From assembly GCF_009914755.1 (NCBI RefSeq), contig NC_060930.1: a stretch of DNA of 64,000 nt. One strand, given 5' to 3'. The notes under the pieces are model-generated. The model made no database searches and was not told the origin of the DNA. It saw only the letters and a program-made list of their open reading frames with translations. Position 1 is the first letter of the stretch; each line of letters opens with the position of its first letter. The stretch comes from the human T2T-CHM13v2.0 reference genome, Homo sapiens. The position numbers were made by a program, and so were the translations under genes. Positions 1 to 13,358 of this stretch are shown piece after piece.

Positions 1-39
1 TGAACAGGAGGAAGGCTTTGATCTCTGTGGCTTTGACTA

Positions 40-1290
40 GAAATTGGAGGTATTAGTACGAACTTAAGATTATACATTTTGTTTCTGTGTGTGTGTGTGT
101 GTTGTGTAATTCCATTTCCCAGCTCTGTCTGCTGAGAAGGCCTAGAAGAAAAGACACTCATACTCCCCTTAAAATATATCCAGGGCAGGGAAAGTACAAC
201 TTGAGTCTGGAATATCTTTTTGTGCCGGAAAGTAAGAAAGTGCTCAAAGACACCAACATGGCACATGTATACATATGTAACAAACCTGCACATTGTGCAC
301 ATGTACCCTAGAACTTAAAGTATAATAGTAAAAAAAAGAAAAAGAAATAATAAGCCAAAAAAAAGAAAGTGTTCAAAGAATTGTGGGTACATAAGAAAAA
401 GCCAAAAAGCCATGTTAAAGGGCTTCCCATTAGTCAAATCTTGGAAATTTGAGTATCAAAATAATAATGACAGTAACTGATTATAACTCATTGAATAAAA
501 TAAGAATCCGTAAGTTCATAATGAGCTACCTACACACACATACATACATACATGCCTATAAAAGAAGAGAAAGCTCCTTCTTACAGTACAAAGCAAATTA
601 ATAAATATGAAAAGAATGATGAACTTGTAAAGTCATCATTTAGCAACGATGGTTGTAATAATTGATTCAGACAAGAATCATTCATGGATGCTAAACTAGA
701 ATGTGTAAATTTGATGAGCAACAGGATATCTACATAGTCTCAAAGTTTCTCTCTCAAATATGTATTAATTGCAATGGAAAAAAAATAGTAGTAACTATTT
801 AGTGGAGAAATCTGGCAGAAACCACCTTAACCAAATGATTAAACGTCATCAGTAATGGTACCTTTCAATATCGTGTACCTTCTAAGACAAGGCACTGAGA
901 AGGGCACAGCATTACTTCTGTGGAATTCCTGCCAAAATGTGTAACCTGAATCTAATTACGAGGAAACATCAGACAAATTCAAATTGAGGAACACTCTACA
1001 ATATAGCTGGCTGTACACTTCCAAAACGTCAGTACCATAAAACACAAGGAAAGATTGAGGAATTATTCCAGGTTAAAGGAGACCAAACTTAATGCAATGT
1101 GTAATCCGTTGTTGTTGTCATTTGTGTTTGTTGTTTATAAAAGGGAATTATTGGAACAAGTTGAAAAATCTGTGTAACAGTCATGTATTAATGTTAATTT
1201 TCTGATTTAATATTACACTTGGTTATATAAAAGAAGGTTCTTGATTTTAGGATATAGACCTGAAATATTTACAGGTAAGTGGCATCATGT
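40..1290 (+). mobile_element. Old L1M (L1MC-like) 3' UTR remnant
   Basis: Degenerate L1MC 3'-region motifs such as 'aatctaattacgaggaaacatcagacaaattcaaattgagg' and 'gtggagaaatctggcagaaaccaccttaaccaaatg'. Boundaries are approximate. Confidence 0.65.
251..362 (+). mobile_element. Severely 5'-truncated L1PA 3' end with A-rich tail
   Basis: 'caccaacatggcacatgtatacatatgtaacaaacctgcacattgtgcacatgtaccctagaacttaaagtataat' followed by an A-tail. 17-bp TSD aagaaagtgYtcaaaga at 234-250 and 363-379. Confidence 0.92.
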
Positions 1291-4200
1291 CAGCAACTTT
1301 TAATTTTCATCTTTTTGAGAACGTACAGGTCTGAAATTATGTGAGCATAAAAATTTTAAAGAAAGAAACTATATTATCTTCATGTGGTTGATTTCCTTCA
1401 CTATGTATTTGGCAGTTATCACGTGCTCTCCACTCTATTTCCTTTTGTGTTTCATTCTTCATTTCTTTCATTCTTGTGTCTCCCACCCGCTCATTCTGGT
1501 AACAAAATTGAGAGTTTGGGTAGCATGGGCAGCTTTTGATTCTCCTCACTCAGATGTAAAAAGCAGACATATTTCCATTTTTGTTCAACATTTCCCAAGC
1601 CCATCTTCATATACAGTAGCAGTTTTTATAGGTACATACGCTGCTTTCATTATATCATCCACCAAAGGTGGCTGCAAGAATATAATGGGGGACCTTTGGG
1701 TCAATTCCAGCCCTTTCAATGAATCTATATAAAGCAAACTGGCCATTCCAAAGCAGAAACACTTACAGACCTGTATAATTGGTTCAAAGAAGACAAGAGG
1801 AGACCAAAATAGGTACATTTGTACCTTTTTAAAGTATCTACATTCTTGAAGATGAGCTTGTGTCTACTATATTTAAGTTGTTAAGCAAATGTGTGATTCA
1901 TGTATTCATTCAGAAGGCCTTATGGAAAAACTAGTCCTTGCCAAATTTTATGAATAAGTGCTGTAGATCTCAAAGCTAAGTAAGGAAATGTTCTTCTTCT
2001 GGAACAGCATTTTTAAGAAAGAACAAAGTGGTAAGTGCTATAAATGAGTTGTATACTATATATTATGGAAAGACAAAAGAAAACACAACTAACTTTACAA
2101 GACTTGGTATTAAATCACAGAAGCAGGAGTCAAAAAAGCCATAAAGCAAACCTGGGCTAACTGGCTTTGCCAGACCCAAATCCTAAATGTTGTCTGTGAT
2201 TTTCCTGACCAGTGAACATGAGGCGGGGTGCAGCATCCAGCCCTGTCTCCTCAAATTGACTCACAGGCAGAGGCAGGGGAAAGGTAAGTCCCCAAGGTGG
2301 GGAGAAATTTCAGCAGAGCAGCAGAGCTTCTGGACTTCTACCTTCTCCCGTTCAGACTTCCTCAACTTTATTTCTTTGAAATGTAGACTTGCCACATATT
2401 TCATTACACGCTATTTTATTTGATAAAAATGTGAGTGCTAAAATAATTGAAAACTGAACATGAGTTTTAGCATATGATCTCTCATATGGGTAGGGGAGGA
2501 GGTGTTTCCAATTGGAAGGTAATTCAACACTTGGTATCTAGGTACACAAAAAGATTGTTTAAAGAGGCTGTGCTCATAAGAGTTGGTTTATGTAAAAGAG
2601 TATTTACTGCTGCAACATTCCAAAGAGTGAAACATTGATATAACTTAAACATCCAGCCATATGATTAGATAAATCCTATATCGTGCCATCTTAAGAAGAC
2701 ATTTTTAAAGGAGGCAGATTTATATGTGCTGATATAGAAGACTGTCCCAGGTATGTTGTCAAATATACATGCAATTTTATTAGCATTGCAATGCTAATGT
2801 AGTACAAATCTCAGTTTACAAACTCAAATGCACAAGAAATGTAACTTGGCTAAGATAATGAGCTTATTTTCTATTTTAACTCAATTTTTCTGTGATGATA
2901 GAAATTTAATTCCTAATGTGTTTGAGTTCCAGGAAAGTTTCTATAGCACCAATATGGGAGCAAGGGGACATCTTGTCCTTGGTCTTGTCATCTATCACTC
3001 ATGTCCTCAGATAGATTCTCCAGTCTGGTCACCCATCTTAGGATCATGCAAGTCATTGTTGTGTCCTCCTCTTCCCAGGTGTGGCTTTCTCAGCTTTTTT
3101 CATGCGCTTCCAAGAGTCATTTCATTCATGCTAGGCTGCAGGAAATTCTGAGTATTTGTCTAAGTCCCAGTAGGTCTCAACACACTCTACTGCCTTGTCT
3201 CCTGCTCCTAAGGCCTTGCCACCACCCCTGCCTGAAGGTCTACCGGGAAAGCAGACACAACCTCTCTACCCTCAGATTCTCTAAGCATGCTTCAGTCCGT
3301 CTCTCCACTACCAAGTTCCTCTAAGTTGGGAAAACAGGGCAGAGGACCTTCTTTCTCAGGAATGCACAAGGAAGCATACTTCATACAGTTGTGTGGTTTG
3401 AACACTGCACACAGTACTTGTTTGGGAATGACTGGGGCTGAAATCTAGAAGGTCAGGACCCTTGGCAAAAAGCCAGGGCTGCTGGAAAAAGGAGGGGCCT
3501 TTGTCTTTACATGAAGGTGTTGTCAGCTCTCTAAGCTACTGCCTCTGGCAAGGATCCACTCAGCAAGGCATCTCATTGCAATTTAGTCACCAAAATAGGG
3601 CTTTGCTAATTTTTGGAAAGAAGCAGTATAAATTGCCAGAGGTACTTTTTCCTCTCTCTCCTCCTAAGAATTGAAATCTTTTTTATCTAATCTTGAAATC
3701 TCTAAGACTTTTTATGACTTATCATATATTCTTCCAAATCTCCTTTTATGATCTGTCTTTTTCTATTCCCACAAGGACTAGAAACTCAAAAATTTGACAC
3801 TGAAAAGTTATTGGCTCCCTTTTTATAATACGTTCAGTTGGGTCATCTTTTCTCTGAGGCAATGAATGCAGAATGTGCTGATGGAATGGGTAAAAGGCCA
3901 GGACCATTAGGAAACACAGAGGGAAAAAATACTTCAGTTAATATTTTAAAATGTCATCCTGCCATTGTATGTGTATAAAACAGCTCTGGAAGGCTACATA
4001 CTTGTCTCAATGATTAGCAGTAATTCACCTCTGTAGTGAAATTTGGAGATGAGACCTCTATTTTTTTGCTGTGTAAATGTCTGCGTTCAAATTGTTTTTA
4101 TAAGAAGCTGTGTGACTTCTGCAACTTTTTTCTTGAAACATTTTTTTTTAACTGGAAAAAATGCTCCAATGTACTTTTAGTGATAGCACTCGGAATGATA

Positions 4201-4617
4201 ACTTGTTTGTTCTCCCATTTCACTGCCTTTTTGGTGATACATCTCTCTATGGCAGAGTTAGACTATTTTTAAGTTCTTGCTCAGTGCTTATATAACATTA
4301 ACGAGAGTTATAGAAATGGCAGGACTGATGGAAACAATATGGATTAAAATGTACATAATTTGCATAATTTAATATGACTTATCTCACAGGTGGAACCTCT
4401 AAGGGTTTCATATTTCCCACTTCCTTTTGTAAATGAGGAAAGGCTAAGACTTAACAAATAATAGTAAATTCCAGAGGGTGGCCCAAATCAACAGAGCCTG
4501 GAAAAACTAAGACAAAAGCTCCAATCCTCTCGATTCCAGTCCAGTGTTCTTTCTATTACAGGATACTCTTTCTCAGTTTGGGCTACTCCTCTGCCTTCAT
4601 GAATATAGAGTGGTGAG

Positions 4618-5765
4618 CAGAGGTGACTGTAAGTGAATGAAGCTTAAGCTTCAAGTGCCTAATTTGCACACACCCTTTGCAAAGCAACAGGTTCACATGG
4701 ACACATGACTTTTGTACAGTTTGCGAAAGTTATTTTTTTTTTAACTGCAACAGGTTAAGGCCACTCTACTCTCTCTTTCCACTCCAACTTCCCTACATAC
4801 TAAGTGGCACTGGGTAGCTATGTACTTTTTGATGATATGACTAAGGAGTGGTTTATTTTGTTGGGGATACATATGATCTCAATATAGTGTCATATATTTT
4901 TAAGTGTACAGATACTTCCATTAAAGTTATTGCCAACTAACCCTGGGTAGGAACAGATTCCAAGAATACCCTTACTGCCCACTATGCCATCTCCCAGTCT
5001 CCTGACAAGAAGGTGTGGGCCAGTGGTGAATTCCTATGGTGTGCAGCTGTAACAGCAAAGTCATGGAGGAGAGGCAAGGTTAAACTGCGTGAAGCCAGTA
5101 GAAGCTAATCTGTAGAAAATTCTTCCAATCATCGTGTGTATAATTTTAACAGAGAATTTGGTTGTTGTGAAAATCTAATCAAAACAGATTTTTTTCCTTA
5201 TCAGAAATAGTTTTGATAGTGCAGTATATATAATTATAAAATCTCAGATTTCTCATATATTTATGGTAATTGTGTGAAATAGAATTTATCTGAGTTACTA
5301 GGTTTGAAGGGAACAAATCCGTAACTATACCGAAAACAGAGTAGGCCTATAACAATTCAACAATATAATAAGAGGTTTTCCCAATTTGACAAGTCATAAA
5401 ATTTCACAGATTACTAATAATGAGGCTAAAAATTTGTCAGCTATCAACAATTTTTTAAATATTAAATCATACTAGAGTAAGTTATATTTCCATTTTCTTT
5501 ACAGAATATATAATTGATATTTAGCAAAGAGGCAATAAAAGAGTATACAGCCAAAAACAGTATAAAAATAGTATAGAGGTGTGGCAGATGGTTAATTAAT
5601 GAAAAAATAAATTTTCTAGATTTTTTTTGGATTTGTAGCTTTGTGAGGTTTTATAAATTTGTTTTTGTGATTTTTTTTGTACCTACCTTTGCATTATTTT
5701 TTTTTGAAAGAGGGCCTCTCAAATTGCATAGGCTTTAGGATGCTATGAAGCCCAGATTCACCCTG
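4618..5765. mobile_element. Non-autonomous hAT-Tip100 (Zaphod-like) DNA transposon fossil
   Basis: Termini 'cagaggtgact...tgaagcttaagcttcaag' and 'gagggcctctcaaattgcataggcttt...cagattcaccctg' form imperfect TIRs. Degenerate 8-bp TSD gtggtgag / atagtgag. Confidence 0.65.
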
Positions 5766-6850
5766 ATAGTGAGCATAATTTTAGTGTTCTTTTGACACTT
5801 GCCTATAGCAGCTTCATTAATCCCTGCAGTTTACAGACTTCCCTTCCCATTTCTCCTCCTCCCCCTCATCCTTGAATGCAATATACACAGAAACCTTTGC
5901 AAGGTACCTAGTCAGAATTAGTGGTTCTCTTTTCAATTTCCACAACAGCCAATATTTACCTCTGTCTATCATATTTATCAGAATCTGCCCTAGATTAACT
6001 TATCTATCAAATATATATTGAGGATCCATTGTTTGCTGGGGTCTGTGCTGAGTCTCAGGACCACTCTTAGACCAGGCCTTGCCTAGGACCTGTATTTCTA
6101 AATATTTTAAAAGGCCCCTCCATCCACATTCCTCCAAATGAGCTGAGGGTCTGCAAGGCCAAGGGCCCATGCTTATCCATGTCCCTGGTATCTTTTCCTA
6201 AGTCACATTCTGGGTACCTGTAACTCCAGAATTCCTTGCTAAAATCTATATTGAGTCTGCTTCCACATGGACCTCTTCCCCTGACCCTTCCTCCAGAGGG
6301 TTGATTTGCCTCTGGTACGCTCATTCCCAGGATGAAGAAGAGGCTATTCTTTAGGGTGGGAGAGAGAGAGAGTACAGAGCTCGGAGATGAAAGCTGGGCT
6401 ATCCATGCACACGTGCAGGTGATCTCACAAAAGTAAAGGGGAAGAGAAAGGGGCAGGCTAGTGGCTCCCTTTGTACTCATGCCCTGAACCCTACAAATGT
6501 TAGTTATGGGCCTGCTAGAACTGTAGTCGCATTCCTATGTCTTGATTTTGTCTCATAGTTTCCTAAACTTTCTTTGTCGCTATAATTTTTTAGTGTTTCT
6601 GTAATTTTTTCATGGCATAGATGGGACAGAAGAAATGCCTAACCATTCTGTTTATTGAGTAATTAGGGCCAAACAACTTAGTAGAAGTAATTTACATGGT
6701 GTGACACATGTCGCTTTGTTTCCCTCAAAAATATAAAATATCCTTCAGTTACCCTGTGAGTTTGTCACAGAAATCTGGGGTGTCTCAATATGCAGGTTGA
6801 GAATCATGTGTTTATCCTAGATTGTGAGCTTCTTTGGAAAAGATGTGCAT

Positions 6851-7371
6851 TATGGAAAATTATATTTTCCAAAGATGACCATATTTCTAGTCCTACATGC
6901 TTTTCTAGAACCTCACCACTATCTCAATGAGATACAAAGTCTAATTCCCCTCCTCTTGAATTAGGAGGGACTGGTGACTCATTTGTAATCAATAGGATGC
7001 AGCAGCACTGACACTGCATGACTGTCAAGGCTCCTAAAGGTCATAAAGGTGACATAACTTCTATACTGTTAGTTCAAACACTTGCTCAGAGCTGCCATGC
7101 TGTGAGGAGGCCCAAGCTAGTCAGCTCAGAGAGAGCATCTGGAGAGGCTCTGAAGCTACACAACTATAGAGTCCTCAGCTGCACAAGCCCCCTGCTGTTC
7201 CAGCTCCAACCACTGCTAGACTACAACCATGTGAGACACCCCAAGCTATAATCACTCATTGGAGCCCTTTCTGAATTCCTGTCTCCCAGAATCTGTAATC
7301 ATACATAATAAAATGACTCTTGTTATTTCAAGTTTTGGGGTAATTTGTTAGGTAGCAATAGTAACTGGAAA
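6851..7371 (+). mobile_element. ERVL-MaLR solo LTR (MLT1G/H-like)
   Basis: 5' 'tattttccaaagatgacc', internal 'gctgccatgctgtgaggaggcccaagctag' and 3' 'aataaaatg...ttttggggtaatttgttaggtagcaatagtaactggaa', all typical of MLT1 LTRs. Confidence 0.8.
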
Positions 7372-8789
7372 ACTCATTTTTTATTGCTTTGACAGAATAG
7401 TATTTAGAATATTTTGGAAGGTCAATAAATGTTCATCAAATTAAATTGAAAAATGAAAAAATTTCAGAGTATTAGTGATGAATCCAGATGATTATAAAGA
7501 TGTTGAAAATATGAAAACTTAGGTTAAATGTATACTGACCCTAGAGCAAACCCTGCATATTAGTCTTTGAGTTTTTTAAGAGTTTTAATAAGTCCTTAGA
7601 CAAGTCTGTTTCTTTGCCCTTTGCTTTTGTCTCTTTACAACAAAGGGCAGAAAAAAAATTCTAAATACCCATTTGCAAACTCACTATATCATTAAGTCAC
7701 CATAGAGGTCACATATGTTGAATTATCAATACCAGTTAATTGAGGGTTTTAATTAGTCAGTTCAGATTAAGCAAGGTATTACTATAATTGGTTAATTCCA
7801 AAGACAGCCATCTGTTCCCTTTGTGAGTATTAATATTATGCCATATAAAGTCTAGCAGAGAGAAAAATTTGTCAAGTAGAAATTATCTCACCATTAGCAA
7901 AAGGTAGATCCCTAGGAAGTAAAAGGAAGGGGTGGGGAAGCAAACTGACCAAGATTGGAAAAAAGGAAAAAAGAAAGCCTATGAAGAAAGGAGACTGTCA
8001 AATTATTTGCTACGTTAAGAGAATCAAACTGAATTTAACCTTGGACATCTGTTTGTGCCTGGCATTGTTTTTCAGTGGAGTGGAGGGAGGTAATTAAAAT
8101 GCCATGTAGCTACTTGCCTTGTATGCATTGCTAAGTATAATTCAAACTCTTATGAATCTGCCCTCTCAAAGAAATAGCTGATTATAGAAACAGAACAAAA
8201 CCCCTTTGATCCCTCTTGCGATACAACTAGGTCATGAGAAGCAGAATTCCAAATATATTCTCAGTTTTGGATGACTCTTCACGGAAGGTTTAACTTTGGG
8301 AGGTTTCAAAATGAACAATGAGGGAAACCAAGGCAGAATATAAAGCAATAAAGACTTGTTGGCATGAAAAAACAACTCACCAAAGGTAATCTGAATGGAC
8401 TTTTGTTTACATGGTTATCTTTTTTCTAACCTCCATTGTAATGGGTTTTTTTCCTAACAAACAGTGCTTACAGGGTACAATGATAAATATCAGGTGTGTG
8501 AAACATGGATGAATTGAATGTGGCATGCAAAAGCCCATAATATCTTGGATACTTGTGATAATCAAAAAATGGACAACATTTATGAGTTTCTTATAAACTT
8601 TACCAGTTTTTCCAGTGGCTTTGTCATCTAAACTACACAAATGCGTCTTTGTCTTCTAGTCAGAGAAGAACTTTTGTGCTTTTGGAATGAATTGTATCTC
8701 CTTCTAAAAGCAAAAACTTAATCAAAATATTTTGTGAAGAATCTAGTATTTTAATATTTTCAGATAAAATAATAAGATCAAGATAAGGC

Positions 8790-9318
8790 TACATATTGGT
8801 TAAGATTTTTTCCCCTTTACAACCAAAAATAAACTAGTTATAAAACAAAAGGGACTTTCTCACATACCACTGAAGTTCAGAGGTAGGACTGGCTTCGGGG
8901 GCAGCTCAGTCAGGGACCTGGCTCTGTTTCTCTGTGGTTTTCTAGGTTTTGCCCTTCTCCATATGTCACCCTCAGGTTTCCCTCCTGTTTCCAAAATGTG
9001 TCTCCCACGAAAGTGGGTCTCATGTATTCTCATTCACATCTCTTAATTCTCTCACTGATTGAACTCCTCCTAAACCACCCTAATGGCCTAGGAACTGACA
9101 CACATACATACATAAGCCTATAGTAAGTGACGGAGGAATGTTCTGATTGGTTGGGTAATATAAATTCAGCATCCACCTTGGACTAGAGTCCACGCAATCT
9201 CACCCAAACTGAGGGCTGCTACATGGAGGGGTGGCTCTTCAAAGGAAAATCTGAATACTGCAAGGAAGGAAGGAAAGTGGGTAATGGATGCTGGGAAGAT
9301 AATTAACGTCTACTACAG
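8790..9318 (-). mobile_element. Degenerate MaLR LTR (MLT1J/K-like)
   Basis: Antisense MLT1-like motifs ('gaagttcagaggtaggactggcttc', 'ttctgattgg', 'aatggatgctgggaag...tctactaca'). Confidence 0.5.
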
Positions 9319-9590
9319 GTAGTTCCTATCAATTATTACAGCAGCTCCTATATTTTCTGGGCAAGTGTAACTATGAAATAAGACTTTTCTTGGGAAGAAA
9401 AAAAAAGAATTCTTCCATTCTGAATTATGCAAAGATTTTTAAAATGCAGAAATCATCTTTATCAGAAACAAGTCAAGGAATCAAATGAGCAAGGATTTCA
9501 ACCAAGGAAAATGGCTCATGATAGTAATTCCAATTCATTTAACAAATATCAATGGAATGCTGACATGTACCAGGTACTATGCTAAGTTCT

Positions 9591-9685
9591 TGCCCAGGTT
9601 GGAGTGCAGTGTCTACTCACAGGCACGATCATGGTACACTATAACCCTGAACTCTTGGGCCTAAGCATTCCTCCTACTTCAGCCT
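9591..9685 (-). mobile_element. Fossil Alu monomer (FAM-like) fragment
   Basis: 'tgcccaggttggagtgcagtgtctactcacaggcacgatcatggtacactataaccctgaactcttgggc' keeps the 7SL-derived 'tcacaggc' segment that dimeric Alus lack. Confidence 0.7.
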
Positions 9686-11139
9686 TTTTATTATTTTTCA
9701 TATTAATTTTACATTTAAAAATGCCTATCAAAACGCAAAACAATTAATTTGTTTTCCCACATTAAAGATTAATCAAAGACATATAAATTATAAGAAATCC
9801 TAAAAGGTAAAAAATAACCAGTGCTGAAACATTAAAAAGAGTTGGCATTTTTAGTGGTGTATTCAGCATCATTGTGATATAAATAGATATATTATTTATG
9901 GTAGTCTAAAAAGCATTATTAAAGATTTAAATAAATGTGTGTAATTTCTTTTAGACATTTTGAAGTAACGGCTTTTTTCCCCAAAAATATCCATAACTAC
10001 CATTTTGAATCACTAATGATGCAAAACTATGATCAAAATAAAACAAAAAAAATTCAGACACATATATACTACATATTATATGTAACAACGATAGTATCAT
10101 ATAAATCTTAGACACTATTCCTACAAACACTGAGGCTCTATTCTCCACTAAATCATTTCCTGGTGGTAAGATATATTCTGATGATAAACCGTCAAGTTTC
10201 TTATTCACCATGTAGCACAGGAATCAGACTGAGCTCAATTTGGGGTTGTCTCTTCATCAGATGATACTGAGTAACTTAGCCCCAGACGTCAGGGTGCCAC
10301 TGAGTATGCAGTATGCTGACTTAATCATAAAAATTAACACCTTTAGTATTCAAGCAGCTCATATCACTCACAAATTTCTCTTTAACAAAGAAAGGCATGC
10401 ATTTCATACACGGGTAGGAAATCTAGCAGAAGTATACATAGGACCAGCCAGCGCCACACTGCTGACTTTTAATCAGCAATGAATACATGCCGAGCAGCCA
10501 CTTCCCATTTTTCCTATTTCCATAACGCCCCCATATGCCAACCTGTGTTCCGATGATCACTTTTACTCAACACTTCACCTCCCACAAAGCAATAGTGTGC
10601 AAGGTTTATATAATTAATGTTTGTGCAGGGCTATTAAAGCCTTGTCTGAAAGATGCCTTTGAAGAGGAAAGGACTGTTGATACTATGATGTCCTGGATTT
10701 GTTATCCTTATCAAGACTGTTTCTATGAGGAAAAGCTACAGCAATGATAGATGGAACCACTTTTATTCAGCACAGTTACAGGTGGCAAAACACTGCTGCA
10801 GGACTCAGGCAAGAATGTGGCCCAGGGCAACATCAACATATGTCCTATCAATCACTAGGTACCATACTTTATAGACCAGAGATAATGTTAATTCTATCCT
10901 GCTTACAGTATGCTCTGTACTAGAAAAGTTTGAGGTGCCTTGCAACCACCATAATTTAGTGAAGCATGAAATGAAAGCTACACATAGGAAAGTTAAGACA
11001 TTATCTTTATTCAGCCATTAATCCAAGCAGGGTTGACATTTGGTGCTAGAAAATCTTTCCTCTATACTACTGTTGTTATCATTTAGGAAAGAAAGAAAAA
11101 GGAAATTGATCTTCATTGCATATATACAATGAACTATAT

Positions 11140-11326
11140 ACTGCCAGGAGTTTCACATTTAACTTATTTGATCTTTAAAACAACTCAGTGAGGTATATTT
11201 TTTAGTTGAGGAAACCAAGACTCAGAGAGAAAAATTAATATGGCTTAGATAACATAGGCTACTTAGTGACAGGGCCATGAATTTAACCCAGGTCTCTGAT
11301 TCCAAAACCAATGCTTTTCCCACTAT
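11140..11326 (-). mobile_element. MIR SINE
   Basis: Core 'gaggaaaccaagactcagagag...gaatttaacccaggtctctgattccaaa'. Confidence 0.7.
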
Positions 11327-12269
11327 ATATACAAAGCAGATGAACTAATTTAACCCATCTAAGTTTCTTTCTTCTAGGATTTTATCTTTACCTTTAAAAA
11401 GAACAGAAGTTCTATAACTCATATTTCCAAATAAATTATTCTAGAACTATCCATGAAGCTGTCTCATGCCATGCCAACCCTCATTGCTCTTTCCCATCCC
11501 TGATCTGTGGACTGCAATATAGAACTGAGCATTTGGTTACCTACAGGAAGATTTCATCTTAAAATAGTACCTTATTTATACCTACCCACTGCCAATCACA
11601 CATGCAAACCACCTCCCATTTCCACCATCACTGAGGTCACTAATGTCAGTATTATGGTAGGAATTCCAAAATAAAATAAAATCAATGGATTCGTTAGTGA
11701 AAATAAAAACAATTTCTGGAAAAAAAAAAACAGGAATGCCTCAAGATAGCATGTATGGGCAGCCGATGCAAGAAGCTGGCCCTCAATTCAAAAATATGTT
11801 ACCCATGTGTAGACTAAAATTTTAAAAGATACTTTATTATACTATTGGAATTCTACAAAATAGAAAATAATTTAAATTCGCAAACATCTTTTTCCTAAAA
11901 TACACATTTCACCAAGAGGGCTAAGAGGATGTAACATTCACAACCTAGGGACAATTCGGTCAGATTGTTTCTTCCCAATACCTCTATGAGATCAATTGCA
12001 CTGAAGGAATGCCTATTTTTACTAGAAGAACGAAGGTGGAAGTCAATAATTTTGAAGCATGGGGTAGCTTCAGAGGAGGAGAGGTTCGGGGATCGGGTAC
12101 AAGACTTGGCTTGGGCCAGGATAAAAATACTCAGTATGAAAAACCTGAGTAGCATTACTAGATTGTAATAGAGATAGAAACGGACATGAAAGGATGTTAA
12201 GAAGAAATTAGGGGATTTGGGAGAGTTTCAACAAAATTATTCTAAAGTTGTTCCAAAAGTATAAATACA

Positions 12270-12710
12270 AGGAATGTCCTTAACAGCGGAATAGACTAAC
12301 AAAATGTGGTATATATATATACAATGGAATATTTTTCAGCCACAAAAATAAATGAAGTTCTGATACATGCTACAGCATGGATGAATCTTGGAAACATTAT
12401 GCTAAATGAAAAAAGCCAGACCAAAAAAGGACAAATATCGTATGGTTCTACTTCTGTGAAATATCTAGAATTGGCAAATTGGGAGAGACAGAAAGTAGAC
12501 TACAGGTTACCAGGGGCTTGACAGAATGAATAACGGGAAGTTACTGCTTAATGGGTACAGAGTTTCTGTTTGGGGGCGACAAAAAAATCTTAGAAATAGA
12601 TAGTAGTGGTGGTTGTAGAATATTGTGAGTATAATTAATGCCATTGAATTGTACATTCAAAAAATGGTCAAAATAGCAAATGTATATATATTATACCACA
12701 ATAAAAATAT
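12270..12710 (+). mobile_element. L1MB 3' end fragment
   Basis: 'aaaatgtggtatatatatacaatggaatatttttcagcc...gatacatgctacagcatggatgaatcttggaaacattatgctaaatgaaaaaagccagac...ttataccacaataaaa'. Confidence 0.8.
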
Positions 12711-13197
12711 TTTCTAATGCAAGAGACAAGTCAAGGCAAAATTTTAAAAGTAAGAGGAATGAAGATAGCCCTTGCCTTACTATTAAAATACATTGTTTTA
12801 AAATTACAATAATTCAAACAGATGCTGACACAGATACAGAGAAACAAATGAATGGAATTAAATAGTAGGTCTTTAAGCAGACCCAGTTCTCCACATGAAT
12901 TTGGTATGTAATGAAGCAGACATTTAAGTCAGTGAAAAAGTCATGCATGGGCATCAACAGTTGATAATGACACAACCAGCCATTTGAAGGAGCAGCTGCT
13001 TCATGAGGATAGGAATTCTGCCTGTGTCATGCACCAATTATTCCCCAGGCAAAAGCATGATACCTGGTACATTGTACACATGCAGTTAATGTTTTCTTGA
13101 ATTAATGGACTAAAAATAACTCTTATATCACAAAATATACCAAAGTAAATTCTAAAGTTTTTTTAAGTGGGGAAAAATATTAAAACCTGATAAACTT

Positions 13198-13358
13198 GGG
13201 GGTGGGGGGAGGGGGAGTGGATAACATTAGGAGATATACCTAATGTAAATGACGAGTTAACGGGTGCAGCACACCAACATGCCACATGTATACATATGTA
13301 ACAAACCTGCACGTTGTGCATATGTACCCTAGAACTTGAAGTATAATTTAAAAAAACA
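13198..13358 (+). mobile_element. 5'-truncated L1PA 3' end including the G-rich tract
   Basis: 'ggggtggggggagggggagtggataacattaggagatatacctaatgtaaatgacgagttaacgggtgcagcacaccaacatg...gtataat' followed by an A-tail. TSD gataaactt at 13189-13197 and 13359-13367. Confidence 0.9.
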
